A stretch of DNA of 64,000 nt. Origin: Octopus sinensis (taxonomy: Eukaryota). A program made the translations under genes and the position numbers. Numbering within the stretch: the stretch's first letter is position 1; each line of letters begins with the position of its first letter. Below the pieces are notes generated by a model that did not search any database, was not told the origin of the DNA, and saw only the letters and a list, made by a program, of their open reading frames with translations. Positions 53,294-64,000 of the stretch are shown in pieces. The stretch lies in assembly GCF_006345805.1 (NCBI RefSeq), contig NC_043011.1:9672001-9736000 (forward strand), read 5' to 3'.

Positions 53294-53329
53294 CATATAT
53301 ATATATATACATATATATATATACATATC

Positions 53330-53371
<42 letters not shown>

Positions 53372-53404
53372 TATATTTACATATATATATATATATATAT
53401 ATAT

Positions 53405-53640
53405 TTGTGTGTGTGTCTTTGTGTCTATGTTTGTCCCCCATCCATCACAGCTTAACGGCCATTGTTAGTTTGTTTACGTCCCTGTAACTTAGTAGTTTGG
53501 CAAAGAGACTGATAGAATAAGTATTAAGCGTTAGAAAATAAGTCCTGGGGTCGATTTGTTCAACTAAAAACCATTCAGGGTGGTGCTCAAGCATGGTCAC
53601 AGTCAAATGACTGAAACAAATAAAAAAAAAAGAAAAGAAT
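53405..53640 (+). mobile_element. SINE-like repeat family B (other copies ~28440-28670 and ~52780-52925)
   Basis: Shared core AATAAGTCCTGGGGTCGATT...CAGCATGGCCACAGTC(A/T)AATGACT in three places. Confidence 0.65.
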
Positions 53641-53649
53641 GATAATAAC

Positions 53650-53870
53650 AATCCTTTCTACTGGTGGCACAAGGCCTGCAATTTGGAGGGATCAGATTAG
53701 TCGATTAGATCGACCCCAGTGTTTCACTGGTATTTAATTTATTGATCCTGAAAGGATGAAAGGCAAAGTTGACCTTGGCAGAATTTGAACTCAGAATGTA
53801 GCAACAGATGAGATACCGCTAAGCATTTCGTCTGGCCAGCATGCTAATGATTCTGAAAGCTTACTGCCTA
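53650..53870 (-). mobile_element. SINE family A copy
   Basis: GGATGAAAGGCAAAGTTGACCTTGGCAGAATTTGAACTCAG. Confidence 0.7.
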
Positions 53871-53892
53871 ATAATAATAATAATAATAATAA

Positions 53893-54189
53893 AAAAGATC
53901 TGGAGTAGAGGTAACTCAAATGTGGAGCCTAAAAACAAACAATTCCTATCATAGTGGGCGCATTAGGAATGATGAAAAAAATATTCAGACAAATACATAA
54001 CCAAAACACCAGGACTAACAAGTATATGTAACATACAGAAAATAGTACTACCAGGCGCCGCACACATCCTATGTAAAGCACTTTCAATACAGTAACCATA
54101 AGGGCATCACAACAAACCACAGCACACAGCCAAGGCACACAGAGCTGCGCTCAGTAGTGCAGTGAAAGCACATGATAAAAATAAGATTA

Positions 54190-54230
<41 letters not shown>
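53893..54230 (+). mobile_element. R4/Dong-clade 3' end with 3'UTR and (TAA)n tail
   Basis: IPIIVGALGM...IQKIVLPGAAHILCKALSIQ*, then UTR and (AAT)n. Preceded by (AAT)n at ~53870-53892. Confidence 0.75.
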
Positions 54231-54231
<1 letters not shown>

Positions 54232-54232
<1 letters not shown>

Positions 54233-55720
54233 TCTGGAGTGATGAAAAGATTTACAATGAAAATGCAAACTGGATTAGATGCATAGAAGGATTCTGCCAA
54301 AATTTTCTAGAACAAGTATGGGAAGATGCCACGATAGTAGATATAAGGATGACCCCCACGAAGTCTTGTAAGTGGAAATCCCCTAGTAATGATAGGATGC
54401 CAAATTTCTGGCTCACATTGCTCCAGTGCACACACGAAAAGTTAGTCCAGTTATTCAGTGAAATTACGAGAGATTCTATGAAAACACCTGACTGGTTAGC
54501 AAGAGGTATTACTTACCTACTACTGAAAAATAATGAAACCAAATTTCCCCAAAACTATCGGCCCATAACATGTCTATCAACCACGTACAAAATTTTAACA
54601 TCCATCCACATAGAGAAAAAACATACAAATTTATGGAACAGAACGATATTTTCTCCACTGAACAAAAAGGGTGCCGACGAGGCTCATATGGATACAAAGA
54701 CCAACTCTTAATCGTATGATCCTTGAGAAATGTCATAGCAAACGCAGAAATCTCAGTTCTGCATGGATTTCTTTATCGTATGACTTTGTAAATGGACAAT
54801 TTGGTGTGTTTACCTTAATGGTCTACCAATGTATACAGTGTGCTTCTCTGCCCTAGGTGTCAGGAAGACACTCGGCAAGAAATGGAAACAGAATTGAAAG
54901 AAGAGGATAATGAAAATGATAAATAATAATAATGTTAGAACTAGCAAAATGATACATAGTGAAAGTGTGACACGTCCAAAAGAATTTAAGGAACCAGATG
55001 GAGAGCAAAGATTAAATAACTGGAAAGTGAAAGGGATGCATGGGCAAAACCTCATCGAAACGGAAGGGAAAGACAAGACAAACATCTGGAGGTGGCTCTA
55101 GAAAAGGGATCTGAAAGGATGCAGCACTTGGGAAGAAGCTTTGAGAACTAATTGCACCAAGTTCCAAAGAGGTAAGAACCACCTGTTTGGAGGATGCATG
55201 GCAGCAAAAACAAAACAATCTCAAATATTGTGACTGAGTGTAGCAAATTGATTGAAAAGGAATAGAAAAGGAGGTTTGATAAGATAGCTTTGTGTGTTCA
55301 TTGGAGATAGTGGGAGACGTGGTGCAGTCTTGGAAGAGTTTTGAAATGGTTTGAGCTGAGACCAGAAGGCATCACCAAGAAGAATGAGTATAAGATGTTG
55401 TGGGATTTCCCATTCCAGTGTGATTCAGTGAGTAATGCTCAGAGAGCAGACATTGTTGATAAAATGATGAAGAAAACCAAGATGATTAGACATTGCCATA
55501 CTTGGGGATGTGTGAGTGGATGATGGAGAATGAGAAAAGTGTAAGATGCTAAAAGATGAGAATGCATAAAAGTAGGCAATGAAGACAGTAGTGGTCGTGC
55601 CAATAGTTGTAGGGGCCACAGGGTTGGGGAGAAATTAACGCCCAGGTTTGAGGAATTTGGTAGAGTAATTGAGGTTGACATGGGGCTAGAACATACTTGG
55701 AAATTTGCTTTGTTTGGGGA
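54232..55720 (+). mobile_element. R4/Dong-clade LINE, RT N-terminal part plus degenerate C-terminal part, internally deleted
   Basis: WKSPSNDRMPNFW, PDWLARGITYLL, NYRPITCLSTTYKILT, YKMLWDFPFQCD, VVVPIVVGA. Starts directly after the (AAT)n tail of the previous element. Confidence 0.8.
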
Positions 55721-57255
55721 CAGAAAGGATTTTGAGATTGGTACTTGGCTGTTATATATCGTGAAAAGAGGGTCTGTGAGATCCTCGACAACAGGTTGCT
55801 GTCCACTCTTACAGAATAAACCAGAACAAGTGAAATTCAGAGCTCTGAGAAATGAAGTGGAAATAATGATAAGTTAGAGTAATAAACATCTGATGAGAGC
55901 AAATAGTTGTTTGGTGCAATCATTTCAGCTGACTTTGACCATTGTTAAACGAATATGAGTTGTTTGTCCAATGTACAGAATAAATAACAAAAATGACAGC
56001 CGGGAGGTTGAGTCATTAAAATGAGGGATTGCACAAATAAAATGACAGAACTATGATAAAACAGTGGTGGAGAGGATTAGAGGAGATTACTCCTAAAACA
56101 AACATTTATTTATTGATGAAGTAGAAATACATTCTTTATCAATAAAACATCATTATTTATGCTTACTTGTGTGAAATTGCTGGAAAAAAGGCGGAAAAAA
56201 TCACTTCAAATATTATTTCTAAAAAAGTTAAGAGGTTTTGGAAGCAAAATTCAGTAAAAAAAAAAAAAAAAAATTGACCCCCTCCTAAATAGCTTAAGAG
56301 AATGCATTCAGTTCCTTCTAGATATCAGAATAATCAAATGGCAGTGCCCAAAATCACAACTATATTGAGGTACCACAGAAGAACTCGTCTTTTTGGAGCA
56401 CAAAGGGCAAAGTTACTTTGGTGAAATGGCTAAAATGATAAGTTTCATCTCAAAAGGTAATATATTATTAGATTAATTTCCAATGTTTCCAATGCCAACT
56501 TTGAAATGTATCTTTTACAACCATATTCTTCCATTTTCTGAAAATATTGACAATTAAAGAAAATCTTCTCAGAAACATAATCTCCAGTAATTTATTTCAA
56601 CACAAACAACCTAGAAGACAGTGGTCAGCTATGTCTATGTGTATCTCTATGTTTAGTATAGAGCAGTTTATTAAAGATAAAGATGCTGCTGAGCTCACCA
56701 CCGGCTGAGTATTCCAATGTAAAACTTTACATAAGATAAATGCCCTCATGTCACACAAACAATTACAATTGAGAATCTTAGTTTTCATCATCATCGTTTA
56801 ACGTCCGCTTTCCATGCTAGCATGGGTTGGACGAATTTGACTGAGGGCTGGCGAACCAGACGGCCGCACCAGGCTCTAATCTTGATCTAGCAAAGTTTCT
56901 ACAGCTGGGTGCCCTTCCTAACGCCAACCACACCGTGAGTGTAGTGGGTGCTTTTTACGTGCCAGTCAGGTGGCACTGGCAACGACCTCGCTCGAATCTT
57001 TTTACACAGGCCACTGGCACAGGTTTTGAAAACATCAAAATGTCAGATTTAGCCCTTGATTATAATAATTATGTAATCCTATGGAATTAGTGAGGTTTGG
57101 CAGTGGAATCTTTTCTTAGTCATCAGCACCACCAACATGATCAGCACATACAATAAACATCTCTAACAGCAACTAAATAGAAACCATCGAGAATAGAGAG
57201 GAAAAACCATTGTTGACAGCCAGAAATTCCAAACTACATTTAAAAACAGACAAAA

Positions 57256-59419
57256 AAAGTAGCAAAACAATTTCATTGTAAAAGATTTGTTCATGGAAGC
57301 AAGAGGCTTTTGTCAGTGATTCTGTTGATAAAAATAAAACCATCCTGCCTCTCCATTAAGGTTATCTTCATTGAATTAGTCGATTGAGCAAGTCTTCGAG
57401 TGTTTGTTGCCAATCCTAGGTTGGAAAGTTCTTGATGCATGTGGAAACAAGTTAGGAAAATGTGATAAGAAAAGATGACCATGCTGAAAACATGCAAGCC
57501 GTATCCAGTGTGAGGCTGTAAGTCTATTTGGACGACTGCTTTAGTCTCAATTTACAGACTTCAGAAACGGGAGGAATAGAGAAACGCAGCTAATTTGATA
57601 GTGGCACTGGAAGCAAATTGAATGTATTTCTAGTTTAAACCATTTAACGATATCTTTGGAAATCTACTTCTAATAGAATGGTAATGGGGTTTCAACACAG
57701 GAATATGACATGTACACAATACAGCAGCGGCAGCAGCAGTGGCAGCAGTAGCAGTAGTAATAGTAGTAGTAATAGTAGTAGTTACAACTGTCTCACACAG
57801 AAACCTCCAAATTATAATTGCAATATCATTTTATATTTAATTGAGTAGTGACAAATAGTAAAGATATTTCACTTCCATTCCTACAAGAGAAATGGCGAAA
57901 TGGAGGAGGGGGAGAAAAGAGAGAGAGGGGGGGAGCAAGCTAGTTAATTGACCAATTGAAACCCAGTCATTAGATTACAACCAAATTGGTGGACCAAGAA
58001 ATCCTGGGAACCATTTGATTATCTCTAGCTTTAGTAAAACAGTTATTGTTGTTGCTGTTACTTCCGTAGAAGTGACCACCACTCCTGTTACATCTCGAGA
58101 AATATGCATAGAAGTTACTTCTACACAACTAACTAGAGCAGCGGTCATTTATGTTGTAGTAGAAATGACCACTATTCCAGTTAAATTTGCAGAAGTGACC
58201 ACTACTGTTTGTTACTTCAGTAGAATTGACCAATATATTTCTGTGTGTGTGTGTGTGTGTAGCACTAAACACCGATATACAAACAGAATCTATGATATGA
58301 AATTAAATTTCAAATCAATTTGTCTTGAAATATATTTATGAAGAAATTCATCTTCAGTCAATTTGTCAATGTTTCAACTTTCTGATTCAAATGGATTTCT
58401 TGTTTCTCAAGAATTCTTGTGTCGAGAAGTTTAAAGTGCAAAGTCAAAGCAGCAAACAGAAGTGAATTCATAGAGATACACCATGTTGCTGCTGCTGTTG
58501 TTGCTGTTGTTGTTGGTCAGTTGGAAGAGTGGGCACATGTCCAGAAGATGCTATAAGGCTGTGGTTGGACCAATCCAGCTTCCAACCCAATCCATTATAA
58601 GGGTTGTTCTGTTGCCAAACTGGGAGTTTTCGCCTGGTGGCATCACAAAACAATTTATATTGAGTAACATGACAGAAATTATTAAAATCAGAGGAATCAT
58701 CATCGTTTAACGGAAAACTGACATTAAACAATGATGATGAAGATGATGATTCCTCTTTAGTCAATCACTCATCACCTTAGTGTGTGTGGGGGGGATCATG
58801 AAAGAGTTGCTGATTCCTGGTGAGATTGTTGGAAGATAGCAAGAATAGCTGAGATAAATGGGTTTATTCTGAGCATGGGAGAGGAAAAGAATGTTTAATT
58901 TTCATCCATCTATCAGCTATTGGTAGCAAGTGGATGAGAGCAAAGCCATAGCAAGGGTGTACCACCCTGATGACTGTTTGTGGTTACCCAAAACATCACA
59001 GCCAGAAATACAAGTTTTACATCCTGCAGGATTATTCTTTTGACCAAACAAACAAAAAACAAGAATACAGTCGTTCTGAAATTAGCTGCGTTTCTCTATT
59101 CCTCCCGTTTCTGAAGTCTGTAAATTGAGACTAAAGCAGTCGTCCAAATAGACTTACAGCCTCACACTGGATACGGCTTGCATGTTTTCAGCATGGTCAT
59201 CTTTTCTTATCACATTTTCCTAACTTGTTTCCACATGCATCAAGAACTTTCCAACCTAGGATTGGCAACAAACACTCGAAGACTTGCTCAATCGACTAAT
59301 TCAATGAAGATAACCTTAATGGAGAGGCAGGATGGTTTTATTTTTATCAACAGAATCACTGACAAAAGCCTCTTGCTTCCATGAACAAATCTTTTACAAT
59401 GAAATTGTTTTGCTACTTT
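57256..59419. repeat. Perfect inverted repeat: arms 57256-57596 and 59079-59419 (341 bp), spacer 1482 bp
   Basis: Arms are reverse complements with constant coordinate sum 116675. The identical 68-aa ORFs 57291-57497(-) and 59178-59384(+) obey the same sum. Confidence 0.95.
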
Positions 59420-61260
59420 ATTTTTTTATTCGAAAGAAGATAAAGTTGAAATATGGTGCTCCCATAATGTTCTTTATTTATGATGACTTTATGGTTTCAT
59501 ACTTTATTGCAGTTGACTGTCGCAATACTGTAGTTAAAAGCACAGAATCATATATTTTCCTTTTCAAAACCACTTTGACATATCTTCCAATAAGTATATG
59601 ATGAAACGTACTAAACTTGTTTGTTTCCATAAAATATACTAATAAAATTGGGGAGTGTTTTAAGTGTGTGTCATAGACACAAGCAAATATAATAATATAT
59701 TGTGGGATAATGATAGAGAAGCAGCCATTTGTAGAAAGATCTGAGAAGGGAGAGTTGGTGTCTGTAGATGAAGTCTCTTGAACACAATAAATAGCTGTAA
59801 ACAATAAACACAGGTAGAGAGAGTTTATGCTTGAGTGAGCACTAGTATGGCTTGTGAACCCTGGTGTGTCTAGTGAACACCATTACTGCACAATAAGAAA
59901 ACAAAACTGGAGAGAGAGAGGGGGGGGGAGACATTTATTTTCAATAGAAATGTTCAAACAGAGAAAACAGTTGATTTGGAGGGAGACAGTTTTCATTAAA
60001 CTAAGCCATCTGATTCATCTAATCCAAGCCCTAGCTGGAGTGAATTGCGTGTGGTTGATGTCTGATGTTAATAATGTGGGTTATGTTACAGTTAATTGTG
60101 GAATTTTGGATGGGGAATATTTTAAATTTGATCTCTCTGATGGTAGATGTGTTTAGGATATGAACACAATAAACACCATTTTACATTGGAAAGGAACACA
60201 TACACAAGAACATTTTTATTTTTTGTAGAGCAGACAAGAGAGAGAGGGGGAGAGGAAGGAAGAGAGATGGAGGAGGGAGGGAGGGAGAGAGAGAGAGAGA
60301 AAGAAAGAGCACATTCATGTGTGTGTCAAATCTAAAATCCGCAAGTCAAAACTTGAGTCCAATATCTTGATGAAGTAATTGAGTAAGAATACATCCACAA
60401 ACAAACACAGACATACACGTATGTATCATCATCATTGGTAGTGATGTCACCATCATCATCATCATCATCACTTGGATGCTGTTGAACCATCAGTTGGATG
60501 GTTAAACAACATCCAACAATTTGGGTGAACCCCACACTTTGCTCTGGTGTTCCATTTTCTAGCATGGTTTCTGTAACTTCCCTTCCTAATGCCAACTACT
60601 TTACAGAATGGATGAGTTGCTTTTGTCATGGTGCCATCACTAGTGACGTTGCCAGGCAATTCAATGGCATTATGTTTGGTGTTGAAAGGTTCAAGGAACA
60701 GGAATCGGTTTGATGCCATAGAGGAAGAGGTAAATAGCTTCTCCACATTACATACAGGTGAGCGAGAGTAATTAGAGTGGAACTGGTAAGAGAGGCCAAG
60801 ATGTATGGATGTATGTTTGTATGTCTGGATGGATGCATGCATGTGTCTTTGTATATTCTTTTACTGAATTGTGGCCATACTGGAGCACTGCTTTCGGATG
60901 GGTTGACCTCAGTTTGTACTTCAGTGTAGTAGTTATTCTATCAAACCATCAAATTATGGACAGAAAGGGACACCACATGAACAACAGCAATTTTTAGAGC
61001 AATAGAAACATATATATATATATATATATATAGAAACATATATATATATATATATATATAAGCCCCCCTGGCACCTGTGCAGGTGGCACGTAAAAAGCAC
61101 CCACTACACTCACGGAGTGGTTGGCGTTAGGGCATCCAGCTGTAGAAACATTGCCAAATTAGACTGGAGCCTGGTGCAGCCTTCTGGCTTCCCAGAACCC
61201 CGGTCGAACCGTCAACCATGCTAGCATGGAGAACGGACGTAAACGACGATGATGATGATG

Positions 61261-63155
61261 ATATATATTGACATGGAGAAGCCTTGATAGAGTCCCCCGA
61301 TCCCTCATCTGGTGGTCAATGAGGAACTAGGGATAGCATGAATGGTGGTGAGGGCTGTGCAAGCCGTACAGAGAGGATGCTTAGCAAGGTTAGGGTTGGA
61401 ACATGTACCAGAAGAATTCAAAGTAGAGGTTGGGGTCCACCAGGGTTCAGTACTCAGCCCCCTCCTATTTATCATAGTCCTCCAGCAATAAACGAGGAAT
61501 TCAAGAAGGTTGCCCCTGGGAGCTCCTCTATGTGACGACCTCGCTCTAATTGCTGAGTCACTATCAGAACTGGAGGAGAAGTTCCAGGTGTGGAAGGAGG
61601 GTTTAGAATCGAGGGGCCTTAGAGTCAACCTAGCTAAAACAAAGTACTAATAAGTAGAAAAAGGTAGGCAATCCACAAATGTCCTCAGGAAGATGGCCCT
61701 GCTCGATCTGTAGAAAAGGGTTGTAGGTAGAAACTCTTAAGATGTACCCAGTGTAGTATGGACACAATAAGAGGTGCAGCAATGTCAAAGGTAGGCTAAC
61801 TGGAAGACAGTCTTTATATGGGCAGACTCGGGAGCATTGACCTCCGAAAATCTGCAGAAAACAACTTCCGTCACTTTCCAGGGGGAAAAATTAGAAGTAG
61901 TTGATAGCTTCCGTTATCTAGGTGACCAAGTCAGTAGTGGGGGTGAGTGCGATGAGAGTGTAACTGACTAGAATAAGAATAGCCTGGGCAAAGTTTAGGG
62001 AGCTCTTACCTCTGCTGGTGACTAAAGGCCTCTCGCTCAGAGTAAAGGGCAGACTGTATGATGCATGTGTTCGAACTGCCATGCTACATGGCAGTGAAAC
62101 ATGGGCCGTGACTGTGAGGACATGCGTAAGCTCATGAGGAATGAAGCCAGTATGCTCCGATGGATGTGTAATGTCAGTGTACTTACTCGACAGAGTGTTA
62201 GTTCCTAAGAGAAATGTTGTACCTAAGAAGCATCAGTTGTTGCGTGCAAGAGAGACGATTGCGATGTGGTATGGTCATGTGGCGAGAATGGATGAAGATA
62301 GGTGTGTGAGAAAGTGCCAATCCCTAGCAGTTGAGGGAACCCGTGGAAGAGGTAGACCCAGGAAAACCTGGACGAGGTGGTGAAGCACGACCTTCGAACA
62401 TTAGGTCTCACCATGGAAATGACCAGAGACCGAGACTATGGAAGTATGCGTGCGTGAGAAGATGGCAAGACTAGTGAAGCCATAACCCGTGGGCCCCCAC
62501 CTAACCTGGGACGTAGTCAGTCCGCCTGTGCATACCTTCCTGCTTGTGACACCTGTGAAGCCTGGTGAGGCAAGTCAAATCAAAGTCAAATCGAATCAAG
62601 TCAAACCAAATCAAAATAGATGAACATCAATGGAATTGTATCCTTGTGGTACCAGTGTGGTGGACATAAGAAAACCATCCGAACGGGACCGTAGCCAGTA
62701 CCGCATCGACTGGCCTCGTGCTGTGGGCATGTAACAAACACCGTCCGAGCGTGGCCGTCTGCCAGCCTCGTCTGGCACCTGTGTCGGTGGCACATAAAAA
62801 ACACCATCCGAGCGTGGTCGTCTGCCAGCCTCGTCTGGCAATGTGTCGGTGGCACATAAAAACACCATACGCGCGTGGCCGTCTGCCAGCCTCGTCTGGC
62901 ACCGGTGTCGGTGGCACATAAAAACACCATCCGAGCGTGGCCGTTCGCCAGGCCTCGTTCTGGCACCTGTGTCGGTGGCAATAAAAAATCAACACTACAC
63001 TCTCGGAGTGTGTTGGCGTTAGGAAGGGCATCAGCTGTAGAAACACTGCCAGATCTGACTGGCCTGGTGCAGCCTTCGGGCTCCCCAGACCCCAGTTGAA
63101 CCGTCCAACCCATGCTAGCATGGAGAACGGACGTTAAACGACGATGATGATGATG
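61261..63155 (+). mobile_element. 5'-truncated RTE-clade LINE, copy 1, with complete 3'UTR and (GAT)n tail
   Basis: IDMEKAFDRVP, GSVLSPLLFII, WELLYADD-equivalent, RLYDACVRTAMLHGSETW, RGRGRPRKTW. 3'UTR ends CCATGCTAGCATGG...AAACGACGATGATG. Confidence 0.85.
62738..62990 (+). repeat. ~62-bp tandem repeat x4 inside the RTE 3'UTR
   Basis: ACACC-start units at 62738, 62801, 62862 and 62924. Confidence 0.9.
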
Positions 63156-64000
63156 ATATATATTGACATGGAGAAAGCCTTTGATAGAGTCCCCCGATCC
63201 CTCATCTGGTGGTCAATGAGGAAACTAGGGATAGATGAATGGCTGGTGAGGGCTGTGCAAGCCATGTACAGAGATGCCGTAAGCAAGGTTAGGGTTGGCA
63301 ACATGTACACAGAAGAATTCAAAGTAGAGGTTGGGCGTCCACCGGGTTCAGTACTCAGCCCCCTCCTATTTATCATAGTCCTCCAGGCAATAACAGAGGA
63401 ATTCAAGACAGGTTGCCCTGGGAGCTCCTCTATGCTGACGACCTCGCTCTAATTGCTGAGTCACTATCAGAACTGGAGGAGAAGTTCCAGGTGTGGAAGG
63501 AGGGTTTAGAATCGAGGGGCCTTAGAGTCAACCTAGCTAAAACCAAAGTACTAATAAGTAGAAAGGTAGGCAATCCACAAATGTCCTCAGGAAGATGGCC
63601 CTGCTCGATCTGTAGAAAAGGTGTAGGTAGAAACTCTATAAGATGTACCCAGTGTAAGCTATGGACACATAAGAGGTGCAGCAATGTCAAAGGTAGGCTA
63701 ACTGGGAAGACAGTCTTATATGTGGCAGATGCTCGGGAGCATTGACCTCCGAAAATCTGCAGAAAACAACTTCCGTCACTTTCCAGGGGGAAAAATTAGA
63801 AGTAGTTGATAGCTTCCGTTATCTAGGTGACCAAGTCAGTAGTGGGGGTGAGTGCGCTGAGAGTGTAACTGCTAGAATAAGAATAGCCTGGGCAAAGTTT
63901 AGGGAGCTCTTACCTCTGCTGGTGACTAAAGGCCTCTCGCTCAGAGTAAAGGGCAGACTGTATGATGCATGTGTTCGAACTGCCATGCTACATGGCAGTG
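63156..64000 (+). mobile_element. RTE-clade LINE, copy 2 (tandem duplicate of copy 1; runs off the window)
   Basis: Same 5' junction (GATGATATATATTGACATGG) as 61260. ORFs 63144-63452 and 63413-63745 give IDMEKAFDRVPRSLIWW and PWELLYADDLALIA. Confidence 0.88.

Noticed and set aside
54505-54530. Third minus-strand AG|GTAAGT site
   Set aside because: It is the antisense of R4 RT codons (TYLL) and has competing upstream AGs; explained by coding sequence.
57256-59419. Autonomous long-TIR DNA transposon
   Set aside because: No TSD and no transposase-like ORF in the spacer; kept only as an inverted repeat.

Overview
AT-rich, microsatellite-saturated eukaryotic intronic or intergenic DNA. The repeat landscape (recurrent tRNA-headed SINEs, RTE 3'-end repeats, dense TA/CA/GATA/TAA tracts) looks like a coleoid cephalopod, most like Octopus; this is an inference. 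No complete host gene, rRNA, tRNA or CRISPR array is supported, only a few weak exon candidates. The main feature is a pair of Tx1-clade LINEs on the minus strand: a 5'-truncated copy at 18539-21949 and a full-length, near-intact copy at 22263-27974. Both sit inside one (GATA)n array and share a covarying 3'UTR hairpin, suggesting a (GATA)n-targeting Tx1 lineage. Also present: R4/Dong-clade fragments and an unclassified ~550-bp element, both confined to (TAA)n tracts; RTE LINEs including a 1.9-kb tandem duplication with a hybrid junction; a Tc1/mariner remnant; a HINE/DINE-like element; a 1.17-kb tandem duplication; a perfect 341-bp inverted repeat; and two candidate recursive splice sites on the minus strand. 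Coordinates of degenerate repeats are approximate.
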